Shown: positions 41,016 through 51,501, counted from the first letter of the stretch. The stretch is DNA of 64,000 nucleotides from an uncultured Verrucomicrobiae bacterium (GCA_963837955.1 CAWIPH010000002.1:2080001-2144000), one strand, 5' to 3'. Made by a program: numbers and translations. The notes: generated from the sequence alone by a model not told the origin.

Positions 41016-41048
41016 GTTTATTTGAAATATGAGGAAGTCATCATGTTT
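40991..41048. promoter_or_regulatory. TTGACA element plus two 24-bp imperfect palindromes (likely TetR operators)
   Basis: AAATATGA-N8-TCATGTTT at 40996-41019 and 41025-41048. Confidence 0.75.
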
Positions 41049-41133
41049 TGCCCGACCGCGATGGGGTAAAGCGTCAGGTTAAATGAATCACGCCAGTCGT
41101 TTTTAGAGAACACTCCAACATACGGAGAATATC

Positions 41134-41712
41134 ATGACATCATTAAGACTTTTTCCCAAGTCGACAGCGCTGGTGCTTATCGATCTGCAAAAAGGGATCA
41201 CCAGTTTCCCGGTCGAACCGCGCCCCAGCAGCCAGGTCATCGAAAACGCGGCTGCGCTGGCCAGCCGGTTCCGCGAGTTTGCTGCTCCCGTTTTCCTGGT
41301 TAGAGTCGCTTTCCCCACCGGAGCGGCAGCGCTTAATCTTGTCACCGACGCAAAGGCGCCCCTGCCGCCTGCTGAACCGGAGGGATGGTGTGAACCGGCC
41401 CTCCCGCCGCAAGAAAATGACGTCCTGATTCTGAAACGGCACTGGGGCGCCTTCTACGGAACCGAACTGGATCTGCAATTGAGACGCCGGCATATCGATA
41501 CGATCGTGCTCGGTGGGATCGCGACAAATTTCGGAGTAGAATCGACCGCTCGTATTGCCAACGAGTTCGGATACCAGCAAGTCTTCGTGGAAGATGCCAT
41601 GGCGAGTTTCAGTAAAGTGAACCATGATTTTGCGGTACAGAATATCTTCCCGCGCCTGGGCCGTGTCCGGACCACCGCTGAAGTTTTGCAGGCATTGAGG
41701 GAGAACAGTTGA
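41134..41712 (+). CDS. Isochorismatase-family hydrolase (YecD-like)
   Basis: LIDLQ, KRHWGAFYGT, GIATNFGVESTAR. Confidence 0.9.
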   Translation: MTSLRLFPKSTALVLIDLQKGITSFPVEPRPSSQVIENAAALASRFREFAAPVFLVRVAFPTGAAALNLVTDAKAPLPPAEPEGWCEPALPPQENDVLILKRHWGAFYGTELDLQLRRRHIDTIVLGGIATNFGVESTARIANEFGYQQVFVEDAMASFSKVNHDFAVQNIFPRLGRVRTTAEVLQALRENS

Positions 41713-42779
41713 AGTTAGTTCTACTCGCACTCGCTCTCTTGGCCGGATTTCTGATGGAGGCGCTCGGTTTGCCGGCGGCGTTTCTAACCGGACCTCTTCT
41801 GGCGGCTGCTACATTTTCAATTACTAACCGGCCAGTCATTCGATTCACTCCTTTTATTTACCGTCTGGCCCAATCGGTAATCGGTGTAATGCTCAGCTTT
41901 TCCATCACTGCGAAATCACTGCAGACAATTGCCGCCAATTGGGTGCCGGTGATTGCGCTCGTGCTGGCGATGTTAGCTCTGACCACAGTGATCGGCATTT
42001 TTTTGCAACGGTTCGCTAACCTTCAGCCAGGGACAGCTCTCCTCGGCACATTACCGGGCGGTGCGGGTGAAATGATTGCCATGAGCGACTCGTTGGGCGC
42101 CGACGTACGTTTGGTGACCGTAATGCAGTACGGCCGCCTGCTGGCCATTCTTGCCACGATCTCCTTGGTAGGACACTTTGCTGGGGCTTCGCCCGGTGCG
42201 GGTCACCCTATGACGTCGTTGGCCGCCGTTCATCCGGCCGGACCGCTTCACTACTTGATCTCGGCGATGATAGCCCTAGTGGGGGCGGCGCTCGGTACGC
42301 GTTTTCGGATTCCAGCGGGAACCATGATTATACCTGCAGTTCTGGCCGCCTTCGCCGGAGTCATAGGAGTGCCGGCCGCTCCTTGGCCTCCCATTGTTAT
42401 TGGGGCCGCTTATATGGTGCTCGGTCTGCAAATCGGTTCGAACTTTGATGCGGCGATCATCCAGCAGCTGAGACGCCTTGGGTTGTTCGTTCTGGTCAGC
42501 AACATCTTCCTTTTGGTGGTATCTGCTCTGCTGGCAGCTTGTCTAATGCCCTTGCTCAAGATCGACTTGCTCAGTGCCTATTTGGCGGCGACACCCGGAG
42601 GTTTGGACTCGGTGGCAGTGATGGCGACCGACCTGAAAGCGGATGCGGCATTAATTCTGGCCGTTCATTCGCTTCGACTGATTAGTGTTCTAGTGCTTGG
42701 TCCATTTCTTGTGCAGATCGTGGGACGGCGGCTAGCAGAATCCGAGAACTGTATTCAGAAGCCGGAAGCAGGAAGCTAG
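41709..42779 (+). CDS. AbrB-family (putative ammonia monooxygenase-like) membrane protein
   Basis: Duplicated PGG motifs (LPGGAGEM, TPGGLDSV), ~10 TM segments. Confidence 0.85.
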   Translation: MKLVLLALALLAGFLMEALGLPAAFLTGPLLAAATFSITNRPVIRFTPFIYRLAQSVIGVMLSFSITAKSLQTIAANWVPVIALVLAMLALTTVIGIFLQRFANLQPGTALLGTLPGGAGEMIAMSDSLGADVRLVTVMQYGRLLAILATISLVGHFAGASPGAGHPMTSLAAVHPAGPLHYLISAMIALVGAALGTRFRIPAGTMIIPAVLAAFAGVIGVPAAPWPPIVIGAAYMVLGLQIGSNFDAAIIQQLRRLGLFVLVSNIFLLVVSALLAACLMPLLKIDLLSAYLAATPGGLDSVAVMATDLKADAALILAVHSLRLISVLVLGPFLVQIVGRRLAESENCIQKPEAGS

Positions 42780-42893
42780 AAGAAGGGATATGGCAGAGTC
42801 GACTTGCCTGCCTGTCATAGTCTCGCAGTACGCTCGCCGCGCAGCCCCTGGATTATGTCTGGTCTCCGGTCCGGCCGGGTTGGGTATCCGGGA

Positions 42894-43250
42894 TTAGGTG
42901 TGTTGCAGGTGGGTGTCGTTGAAACGGGTCGGGTATTTGAGGCCAAAGCCAAGTAGTCGGTCGAGGCCGATGTGCGAGGTCCAGATCAGCCCGTAAGGCA
43001 ACAACCAAAAGGATTTTTCTAAGAAGGCATACGCGATCAATAGAAACGGCCCGATAAGTGTGTGCACGAGATTGTAACAAATGGTCCCTAACCGTACACC
43101 GCGCAGATAACCGAGCATCGCGAGGTCGGGCAGTAAGAGCAGCACTACAAATAGGATCCAACTTGCCCCCATCTCTGCGTAACCAAGAAGGCTGAGAGCA
43201 AGGGCACAACCACCTTCAATTCGAAGAAGAATTCCGGGTCTGGTAAGCAC
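42894..43250 (-). CDS. DUF4260 family membrane protein
   Basis: LLRIEG, PDLAMLGY, YNLVH, HIGLDRLLGFGLKY..THL. Confidence 0.88.
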   Translation of the reverse strand: MLTRPGILLRIEGGCALALSLLGYAEMGASWILFVVLLLLPDLAMLGYLRGVRLGTICYNLVHTLIGPFLLIAYAFLEKSFWLLPYGLIWTSHIGLDRLLGFGLKYPTRFNDTHLQHT

Positions 43251-43390
43251 CTATAAAGTTAGCACGACATCCGTTTACCCGTTAACGACTAGAAGCCGCA
43301 GATTGCCAGCGTCCGCTAAAAGTGCCGGCTGGAGGCCTCTTTCTCAGCCACCGTCGTTCGGTAGAAGCCCAAGAGACGGACGTCGAGTTC

Positions 43391-43616
43391 CGTCCCGTAG
43401 GGACCAATGAAAGTAGCCCAGCACTTCAGTGCTGGGTTTGCGTTTTTTGAAAGCGCTGCGTCCCGGTAGGGACGATCGATAACCGGTTGCGCTCGTGAAG
43501 TCACACCGCACGCAAAGAGGCGTCGGTTCGATCGTCCCTACCGGGACGGACGCCTCTTTGCCCCATTTCCCAGCACTGAAGTGCTGGGCTACTTTCACTC
43601 TGTCCCTATCGGGACG
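43391..43616. repeat. ~230-bp nested-hairpin element, copy 3
   Basis: TGAAAGTAGCCCAGCACTTCAGTGCTGGG..CCCAGCACTGAAGTGCTGGGCTACTTTCA. Confidence 0.88.
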
Positions 43617-43656
43617 CAGACGTTTTCTGAACAGTCGCCGCTACCCGGCACATTCG

Positions 43657-44715
43657 TCAGAAGTCGAATTTGTCGATGTTATCTTTGTTGAAGATGAAGG
43701 GCGGCCCGAGCAGGAATTGGCTTCCGTTGATGAGTTTGAGTTTTCCTAGCCGGCCCGCTTCAAGTTCGGTAGAGCCTGGTTTGATCTTACCGTCGACGGC
43801 TGCGCGCATCGCATAAACGGCCGCATAACCCAAGTCGACCGGATTCCATAGTATGACCGACTTCACGCAACCAGATTTCACGAAGGGCTTCATCTGGTTC
43901 GGCGTGGAGAGTCCGGTAACCGCGACCTTGCCAATGAGGTTAGCCTGGGTAATCGCATCGGCCGCACCAGGAAAAGCCACACTGGAAAGGCCGATGATCC
44001 CTTTGACGTTGGGATAAGCCTTTACAATTTCACCTGTGGCCTTGAAGGCCAGCTGCTGGTCTTCCTCGGAGGGTAGGATCGTCACGATGTTTAGCTTTAA
44101 TCCCTGTCCAGCAATGTACTTTTTCATCTGCGCGATCCATTCGTTCTGGTTGGGTGCAGAAAGGGAACTCGTCACGATGGCGATATCGGCTTCCTTGCCG
44201 ACTTCGGCCACTAACGAATCGATCAAGGCTTTGGCGATGCCGTCCGGTGTCGCTTGCTGCACGAACCATTCGCGGGCATCAGGCTGTGACTCGGCGTCGT
44301 AGCCGATGACTTGGATGCCCGCCTTTAGGGCCTTTCGGAGAACGGGCGAGATGGCGACCGGATCATTCGCGGCAAACAAGATGCCGTCCACCCCACGGGA
44401 AATCGTGTTGTCGATAAATTCTATTTGTTTCTGAATAGCGGCTTCTGTTGGCCCATCGGTGGTGACTTCAGTCGGCAGGCCGTTCTTGGTCAACTCTGCG
44501 GCCGCCTCAGCCTGGCCTTTGGTGGTCGCAGCGAAATAGCCTATGCCAATGAGTTTCGGAACGTCGAAGAGGACGATTTTCTTTCCCTTCAAATCCTTTG
44601 GATTGGTGGGTTGGCCACCGTTGTAAGAGCTGTCTGCGCCGAGTACGATCGTACTCAGGGCCGCGGCCAAAAGGATAAGTCTTTTGGTAGATCGAATAGG
44701 TTTTGCTGGGTTCAT
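43657..44715 (-). CDS. Sugar/AI-2 ABC substrate-binding protein (LsrB/RhaS-like)
   Basis: VPKLIGIGYF, ANDP, NQNEWI, GLSTPNQM, LWNPVDLGY. Confidence 0.85.
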   Translation of the reverse strand: MNPAKPIRSTKRLILLAAALSTIVLGADSSYNGGQPTNPKDLKGKKIVLFDVPKLIGIGYFAATTKGQAEAAAELTKNGLPTEVTTDGPTEAAIQKQIEFIDNTISRGVDGILFAANDPVAISPVLRKALKAGIQVIGYDAESQPDAREWFVQQATPDGIAKALIDSLVAEVGKEADIAIVTSSLSAPNQNEWIAQMKKYIAGQGLKLNIVTILPSEEDQQLAFKATGEIVKAYPNVKGIIGLSSVAFPGAADAITQANLIGKVAVTGLSTPNQMKPFVKSGCVKSVILWNPVDLGYAAVYAMRAAVDGKIKPGSTELEAGRLGKLKLINGSQFLLGPPFIFNKDNIDKFDF

Positions 44716-45044
44716 GTTTTGGGAGGATTCTGCGTTTTTTGGGGGCGGAGTTTTCTTTGGCTACTGGCTGCCTTCTCTAAATGATAAGTCTGATAGGCGC
44801 CAGGTGCGAGGTTGTTAATGTAGATATAGCTGTTCCGGCTGTCAGCTTGATCCGAATCGGAGGGGCGGCTGCGCGGACGGAAAATGACCAATAGTCGACA
44901 GCCAAAGATATAGGAGTTGAAAGCTGCTAATCGGTAATCACTCCGTTACTCGGCTGTCCCATTCCGCGAAGCGCTGTGAACGTTGGCCCGGTCCAGCCTG
45001 GACCTTTTTGACAAATGGAGAACGGAGAACCAGGAAGGTAGGAC

Positions 45045-46868
45045 GTGGCAGAAAGATTTACTCATGCGGTTGACCCTGATTTCGATCAGGTGATGGGCTT
45101 AGTAGATGGAGAAGGACCTGACGGGCGCAGCCCGGGAGTTTGGATCTTTGGGCGACCGATCGGCCTGATCGAGGCTCGGAACCTGCAGCAGTTGGAGGCT
45201 GCTTGCGCAGCTATCGACGAGACCAGCCGTTCTTGCCATGTCGTGCTTTTGGCGGACTATGAGATTGGGTCGTGGTTCGAGCCAAAACTAAAGTTCGGCA
45301 CGGAGGAGCACCCTTGGGCACCCTTGCAAGCCTGGGTATTCAAAACGGCAACCTGGTTGGACCATCAAGCCTGTGAGAATTGGTTAAGCCAAAACTTGAA
45401 AAAGACCGGTGCGGACCAGCGGCCCTCTGGAATTGCTGGAGCGCGCGCCGAGCTGAATGAATCCGAATACACAGCGGCCGTAGAATCGGCTCTCCGTCAT
45501 ATTGCCAGCGGAGATATTTATCAGGTTAACCTCACTTGGAGAATCGATTTTACATTGTTTGGTTCACCGCTGGCTCTCTATCGCAAGCTGCGCCGGTCTC
45601 AACCGGTCAACCACGGAGCCTACTTGCTGCTTCCTGATCGGGTCATATTATCGCTGTCTCCGGAACTCTTCCTGGAGCGGCGGGGCGATAAGATTATCTC
45701 GAAACCGATGAAAGGAACTCTTTCCAGAGCTGGTGAATCCGGAACCGACGATGCGGTGGCGGACGCTTTGCAGCGATCGGAAAAGGATCGAGCAGAAAAT
45801 CTCATGATTGTTGATCTCATGAGGAACGATCTGGGTAAAATCGCGCAGACCGGCTCAGTTAGAGTCGATCAGCTTTTTGGGATCGAACGATACCCAACCG
45901 TCTACCAGATGGTTTCTCAAGTGAGTGCGAAAGTTCCTGATCGATCGCTGTTTAATACGCTAAAAGCGCTTTTCCCGTCCGGCTCAGTCACTGGTGCACC
46001 CAAGATTCGCGCCATGGAAATCATTAGCATTCTCGAGCGATCTTCCCGGGGGATCTACACAGGAGCCATCGGCCATATTAAACCAGGCGCCGACTTCGCG
46101 TTTAATGTTGCCATTCGTACCATTGAGATAACACCGGACAACCGAGGTCGCTTACACGTTGGAAGTGGAATCGTCGCCGACTCAGCGGCGAATTCGGAGT
46201 ATGCAGAATGCTGGTCAAAGGCTCGCTTTCTTACCGAGTTGCAACCTGACTTCGCGCTTTTGGAAACCTTGTTGCTCGCTGGAGGCGAACTGAAGCGTCT
46301 CGATGCTCACTTAAAGCGGCTTAAAGAATCTGCGGAGTTTTTTGGGTTCAAGTATTGCGAATCAAACTGTCGCAAAAGGCTGCTTTACACTCGGGGGACT
46401 GGCTCCGAAGGAAAGTATCGCGTGAGACTGACACTTGAGAAAGATGGTAACATCGAGTTACAGGTTCGGCCTCTAGTTGACCTGTCAAAGCAGTTATCAT
46501 ATGTCATCGCCGCGGATCGAGTGGATGCCGGGGATCTGCTTTTGCGTCACAAGACTACTGCCCGCCGGTTGTATGATGATGCGCTGGAATACGTCAAACA
46601 GGATCCTGCTTGCTTTGACATCTTGTTCTTCAATCAACGGGATGAATTGACCGAGGGGGCACGGAGCAACGTCTTTCTGCTGAAAGACAGCGTCTGGTTG
46701 ACACCGCCGCTCGAGAGCGGAGTGCTAAACGGTATTATGCGCCAGGAAATTTTGCGGACCCGAGAAGTGCGAGTGCAAAAGCTATATCCCGAGGATTTGC
46801 GGAGTGCGGACGCTGTGTATCTTTCCAACGCTCTGCGTGGGCTGATACGCGTATCAGCTAAGAGTTAG
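45045..46868 (+). CDS. pabB: Fused aminodeoxychorismate synthase component I / class IV aminotransferase-like lyase (PabB-PabC)
   Basis: GDIYQVNL, SPELFL, KPMKGT, ENLMIVDL.RND, FPSGSVTGAPK; C-terminal HKTT, EGARSN, GVLNG. Confidence 0.88.
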   Translation: MAERFTHAVDPDFDQVMGLVDGEGPDGRSPGVWIFGRPIGLIEARNLQQLEAACAAIDETSRSCHVVLLADYEIGSWFEPKLKFGTEEHPWAPLQAWVFKTATWLDHQACENWLSQNLKKTGADQRPSGIAGARAELNESEYTAAVESALRHIASGDIYQVNLTWRIDFTLFGSPLALYRKLRRSQPVNHGAYLLLPDRVILSLSPELFLERRGDKIISKPMKGTLSRAGESGTDDAVADALQRSEKDRAENLMIVDLMRNDLGKIAQTGSVRVDQLFGIERYPTVYQMVSQVSAKVPDRSLFNTLKALFPSGSVTGAPKIRAMEIISILERSSRGIYTGAIGHIKPGADFAFNVAIRTIEITPDNRGRLHVGSGIVADSAANSEYAECWSKARFLTELQPDFALLETLLLAGGELKRLDAHLKRLKESAEFFGFKYCESNCRKRLLYTRGTGSEGKYRVRLTLEKDGNIELQVRPLVDLSKQLSYVIAADRVDAGDLLLRHKTTARRLYDDALEYVKQDPACFDILFFNQRDELTEGARSNVFLLKDSVWLTPPLESGVLNGIMRQEILRTREVRVQKLYPEDLRSADAVYLSNALRGLIRVSAKS

Positions 46869-46979
46869 CGGTTAGCGCTTTTGCGCCCTTCAAGGCATGC
46901 TGCTCAATTTTTTTCGCAAAGCCTTCGGTGCGCCCTCGCCTAGGGATATACAGCGGAATGTTACCGGGACGAGTACCAC

Positions 46980-47633
46980 TCAACCGACCTCGAGTACGAA
47001 GTTGAAGGTGGCGACTCGCGCCGCCGCTGTGTCGCGAATCTTCAGCTGCAAATCGCGTTTGAACAAGAAATCCGTAGCGTTGCGCTCCTCTCCCGGGAAG
47101 TAAAGCTGGGTGGATAGGATCGGACCGTGCGCGGCTTGGAGCCGAACATGATAATGACGGGTTCGTCCCGGATACAAACCAGGCATGATTGTTTCCAAAG
47201 TGTATCTTCCGTCGGGATCAGAGAACTGATGGCCGCGGCACCGGAAGCCATCGAAATCGTATCGACCGTCGGCATCGGAATGCCAGAAATCGAGTAGCGC
47301 GCCCGGGATCGGTTTCCCTTTCCGGTCGAGAACAAATCCAGTCAGCTTCACTGGTGTTCCGGTTACGCCTGGGTCACGGAAATTGTTCTTGGCGGGCGAG
47401 TTTGGCTTGAAGAACGGTCCAGCCGTTTCTTCAGGAGTCAGCTCCAACTTATCACCTACAGCAGGAGTGGGCTCAAGATCGACAGCTCCTTTGTCCTGAG
47501 CTGAGTTCGCCTGGACCCGGGCTAGAAACGCCACCGGAGCGGCTGCCACCGCCACGGCATAAAGAAATCTGCGTCTGGAAAAGGCCGACGAAACTGGCTC
47601 AGCCATGATCAAACGTTCTCCCGCGATAGACAT
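46980..47633 (-). CDS. Tat-exported intradiol ring-cleavage dioxygenase family protein
   Basis: SRRRFL signal, GPFF, WHSDADGRY, PGLYPGRTRHYH. Confidence 0.85.
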   Translation of the reverse strand: MSIAGERLIMAEPVSSAFSRRRFLYAVAVAAAPVAFLARVQANSAQDKGAVDLEPTPAVGDKLELTPEETAGPFFKPNSPAKNNFRDPGVTGTPVKLTGFVLDRKGKPIPGALLDFWHSDADGRYDFDGFRCRGHQFSDPDGRYTLETIMPGLYPGRTRHYHVRLQAAHGPILSTQLYFPGEERNATDFLFKRDLQLKIRDTAAARVATFNFVLEVG

Positions 47634-47688
47634 TTTGCAACTCGGAAGAGCCAGGAAGGGACATCAACTTGCGACGGCACCCGGCCTG

Positions 47689-48999
47689 CTAGAAAAAAGT
47701 CTGAATCGCGTCAACGACTCGGTAATCATTGTCCACCACGTATAGCAATTTCCACTTGTCGAACGTCGTGCACGGGTGAGATACGCCGAGCCCGATCATA
47801 TCACCAACCCGCAAGGGGCTGTTGGCCGCAATCTGCAGGTGAGCATGCTGATCACTCACGCCGATGACCTCGCAGCCTGAAAGAGGGACGGCTCCGCCTG
47901 GCGGCCGAGCCCATTTGAGCGGAACGGGATTGCCTGCATCCGTCCCGAAATCACGGCGCCCGGCGGAAAGTATGGCGAGATCGGGTTCAGGTCTTGAGAG
48001 AACGTAGGTCCAGACCTCGAGTGCCGCAGACAATTGATTTTCCACGTCTGTTGCGCGAGCCGTGCGGCTGTTCAATTCGGTCTGAAGTTTTTCATAGATG
48101 CCCGAATCGTGCGTGAGATAACACCCGCTGCGAGTGAGCACCCGGACTGGGCGCGACAGCTGCACGGCAGAAAACATCTCGGACACGAGATCGTAGTAAG
48201 CAGATCCGCCCGCACTCAGAATAATTTCATCTCCATCAAACAAGCCCAACCTATCGGTTTCAGTCGTCACATCGATGATCAGTTGCAGGAACGATCGGAC
48301 GAGCTTAACGCGATCATCATTCCATCTGTATTGGTACAAACCTTCAAAGCCGGCAGTTCCGGTGAGCGTCAACTGCGGTTGAACTGCTCGGATCGCTTGA
48401 GCAATCTCAACGCCCTCAGCCAACGTTCGGACGCCGCAACGCCCGCCCGTGAAACCGACTTCTATGAATACCTTTATCGGACGTTCGAGACCGCCTTTTC
48501 CGACGCCATCGGCCAAACGGGAGACGCCTTCGATCGAATCGACGAAGCAGTACAAATCGAAATCTGGATTGGCCGCCATCTCGGCGACTAGGTAATCGAT
48601 CTCGCGCCGCCCCACGACCTCGTTTGCGAGGAGTAGCCGCTGATGGCCGTAACTACGAGCGACCTGAATCTGGTGGCAGGTGGCGAGGGTGATGCCCCAG
48701 CAACCATCTTGCACTTGCGTCGCGAAAAGTTGCGGGCTCATCGTGGTCTTTCCATGTGGAGCGATCGAGGCGTTGAAACCGGACAGGAACTCCCGCATCC
48801 AATGGCTGTTTTGTTTGAGCACGTTGTTTCGGAGCACGGCGACGGGCAGCGAAAGGTCTTCGTTGAAGAGGTGCCAATCAGCCCTGGCAATTGTCGATCG
48901 GTCTACCGATCTGAGACCGGCCGGAACACCTTTGATTCGCTGATCCAGCCGGAAGTTATCGGTGTCGCGGTTCTCCACGCTTGGTTCACGGAACCACAA
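47689..48999 (-). CDS. PLP-dependent D-amino acid deaminase / D-serine dehydratase-like protein
   Basis: PHGKTTMSPQL, GGRCG, SAGGS, RSGCYLTHD, DQH, SHPCTTFDKW. Confidence 0.88.
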   Translation of the reverse strand: MWFREPSVENRDTDNFRLDQRIKGVPAGLRSVDRSTIARADWHLFNEDLSLPVAVLRNNVLKQNSHWMREFLSGFNASIAPHGKTTMSPQLFATQVQDGCWGITLATCHQIQVARSYGHQRLLLANEVVGRREIDYLVAEMAANPDFDLYCFVDSIEGVSRLADGVGKGGLERPIKVFIEVGFTGGRCGVRTLAEGVEIAQAIRAVQPQLTLTGTAGFEGLYQYRWNDDRVKLVRSFLQLIIDVTTETDRLGLFDGDEIILSAGGSAYYDLVSEMFSAVQLSRPVRVLTRSGCYLTHDSGIYEKLQTELNSRTARATDVENQLSAALEVWTYVLSRPEPDLAILSAGRRDFGTDAGNPVPLKWARPPGGAVPLSGCEVIGVSDQHAHLQIAANSPLRVGDMIGLGVSHPCTTFDKWKLLYVVDNDYRVVDAIQTFF

Positions 49000-49058
49000 A
49001 TTTCCCAGAGTTCACGAATTAAAATCTGAGTCTTCGAGATGTCCGCGAAAGTGGTTCG

Positions 49059-50111
49059 TCAAACTAGCCCTCGATCGCTCAGTTCGCGTTTCACGTAGGC
49101 GTAATAAATAGGAGCAACGACCAGGCCGCCCAGACCAAATGCTACCTCCATCACCAGCATCGCGACCAAGAGTTCCCAAGCCCGAGCCTGGATACTGGAT
49201 CCGACAATTCTGGCGTTGAAGAAATATTCGAGCTTATGAATCACGATCAGAAATATGAGAGCGAACACGCCGGCAAAGACCGAAACGGAAAGACCGGCCA
49301 CAACTATCGCCGTGTTGGAAATCAGGTTACCCACGACCGGGATCAAGCCTGCGAAAAACGTAATGGCGATCAGAGTTTTCCCGAGAGGTAGGTGTACGCC
49401 AAGGGCCGGAAGTAATACAAAGATAAAGATTATTGTCAGAACCGTGTTCAAGGCTGAAATGCGCACCTGCGCGAAGACTACCCGCCGGAACGCTTCGGCG
49501 AAACGCGAAATCCTTTCTATGAGCGCTGCCGCCAACGGCCGGTGTCGTGTATGCGGACCCACCTCGAGGAGCGAAACCAATCCACCTATGATCATGCCCA
49601 CCAGGCCACGAACGAAGAGATGCAGGACATCTTTACCGATTTGCTGCACTTCCTTGGCGTGTTCATCCATCCAGCCGGAGGCCAACGTCTTCAGGTCATC
49701 GACGTTTCCGGGAAGGCTCTCTACCAAGAAGGGAGGCAATTTGCCCCGGGCTTCGGTGATGATTTGATTCAGTTTCTCGGATAAAACCTCGGGACTGCTT
49801 GCCTCACTCCTCAGGAAGGCAGCAACTCCAAACCCCGCGAGAATCAAGACGGCGATCGTCAATATCGCGAGAGTAGCTACCGCCAACCAGCGCGACCAAC
49901 GATGAAGGAGGTGACGTTCGATGAGCGGTGCAATTAAGCCGACCACCTCGTAAACGAGCAGTCCGGCAACGAGCGCGGAAACCAGATGAAGAAAAACAAT
50001 AGCCAGGAGACCAACCCCGGCCAGAATCCAGGAGGCAATGAGCGATCCGGTAACCGGCTCGGATTCAGTGGGCTCAATGATCTTTTCCTGGGGTGAAACG
50101 ACGCTATCCAT
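49059..50111 (-). CDS. AI-2E family transporter
   Basis: FAQVRIS..N, GLIPVVGNLISN, HKLEYFFNA. Confidence 0.85.
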   Translation of the reverse strand: MDSVVSPQEKIIEPTESEPVTGSLIASWILAGVGLLAIVFLHLVSALVAGLLVYEVVGLIAPLIERHLLHRWSRWLAVATLAILTIAVLILAGFGVAAFLRSEASSPEVLSEKLNQIITEARGKLPPFLVESLPGNVDDLKTLASGWMDEHAKEVQQIGKDVLHLFVRGLVGMIIGGLVSLLEVGPHTRHRPLAAALIERISRFAEAFRRVVFAQVRISALNTVLTIIFIFVLLPALGVHLPLGKTLIAITFFAGLIPVVGNLISNTAIVVAGLSVSVFAGVFALIFLIVIHKLEYFFNARIVGSSIQARAWELLVAMLVMEVAFGLGGLVVAPIYYAYVKRELSDRGLV

Positions 50112-50161
50112 CGCACTGAACCTGAGATAGTTGCTCAGAGATTGCAATCTCAGGTTCAGAG

Positions 50162-50406
50162 TCACTTGGCAAAGCCAGCATAAGTCAAGTACGCGCCAAC
50201 GAGAAAGCTGATCGCCGCATAGACGCGGTAGTTTTGCTCATACCGGATCCCTTTGATGAATCTGAGTAATGCTTCCGGAATCCTCCGCCGCCTGCGACGC
50301 CTTGCCCGACGTTGATCCGGTTGCCATCGCTGATGGGTTCCGAAATCACGAGACAATTTTCACCCCCTCGATAGTGTTCGGCGTTATTCTTTTCGATCAC
50401 TTTCAT
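50162..50406 (-). pseudogene. Probable chimeric gene remnant
   Basis: MKVIEKNNAEHYR.GENC start in one frame, membrane-protein-like C-terminus (YAAISFLVGAYLTYAGFAK) in another. Confidence 0.35.
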
Positions 50407-50417
50407 GAAATAAAGAA

Positions 50418-51413
50418 ATGCATATCATGATTTTCGGCGCAGCGGGAATGGTCGGCCGCAAGCTGACTCAACACTTGACGAGCGCTGGACATTTCGGAGG
50501 ACAGGAGTTCACGGCTCTCTCGCTCGTTGACGTAATCGAGCCGGACAAGCCCGCCGGATTTTCCGGAGATATACACGTTGCGGTAGCGGATCTATCTGTT
50601 CCAGAACTCGCAGCCCGCTGCATTGGGACCCGGCCGGATCTGATTTTTCACCTCGCGGCTGTTGTGTCGGGAGAGGCCGAGGCTGATTTCGAGAAGGGCT
50701 ACCGGACTAATCTCGATGGAACTCGCCACCTTTTCGAAGCGATTCGCCACGAGAGCCGGAAAGCGCCTTACCGGCCTCGGGTGGTTTTTGCCTCTTCCAT
50801 TGCCGTGTTCGGAGCTCCTTTCCCTGAAGTGATCGCGGATGAATTCTTCTCGACCCCTCTGACGAGCTACGGAACGCAGAAAGCGATGTCCGAGCTCCTT
50901 TTGGCCGACTATTCACGCCGGGGATTTCTCGATGGGGTCGGTATTCGTCTTCCGACCATTTGCATTCGACCCGGAAAACCGAACAAAGCCGCTTCCGGTT
51001 TTTTCTCCAACATCCTGCGCGAACCTCTTTCCGGGCGGGAGGCTGTACTACCGGTATCGGAAGATGTGCGTCACTGGCATGCCAGTCCCCGGGCAGCCGT
51101 TGGTTTTTTGACGCATGCAGCTAGCATCGATTTGCAGCCACTGGGCGCGAGACGCACGCTGACCATGCCAGGTCTTTCAGCGACCGTAAAGGAGCAGATC
51201 GAGGCACTGCGAAGAGTTGCCGGCGACAAAGCGGTGGCTCTGATCCGCCGCGAACCGGATCGGATGATCGCGACGATGGTGGCAGGATGGCCCTCGGCCT
51301 TTGCTGCAGATCGAGCGAAAGGTCTGGGCTTTCACGCTGACAGGTCGTTTGATGAGATTATCCGAATTCACATCGATGATGAACTCGGTGGGCGTATCCC
51401 GATCTGGCAGTGA
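50418..51413 (+). CDS. denD: D-erythronate dehydrogenase-like NAD-dependent epimerase/dehydratase
   Basis: GAAGMVG, HLAAVVSGEAE, SSIAVFG, SYGTQK, RLPTI..RPGKPNKAAS. Confidence 0.8.
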   Translation: MHIMIFGAAGMVGRKLTQHLTSAGHFGGQEFTALSLVDVIEPDKPAGFSGDIHVAVADLSVPELAARCIGTRPDLIFHLAAVVSGEAEADFEKGYRTNLDGTRHLFEAIRHESRKAPYRPRVVFASSIAVFGAPFPEVIADEFFSTPLTSYGTQKAMSELLLADYSRRGFLDGVGIRLPTICIRPGKPNKAASGFFSNILREPLSGREAVLPVSEDVRHWHASPRAAVGFLTHAASIDLQPLGARRTLTMPGLSATVKEQIEALRRVAGDKAVALIRREPDRMIATMVAGWPSAFAADRAKGLGFHADRSFDEIIRIHIDDELGGRIPIWQ

Positions 51414-51501
51414 CAACTTGGCGAAGTTTCCGCCGATGCTGCTGGCGATCGGGCTCATACGCGGCGTTGCAGGAGGCGATGGCCAGCCAGAGAACCTCCG
51501 A

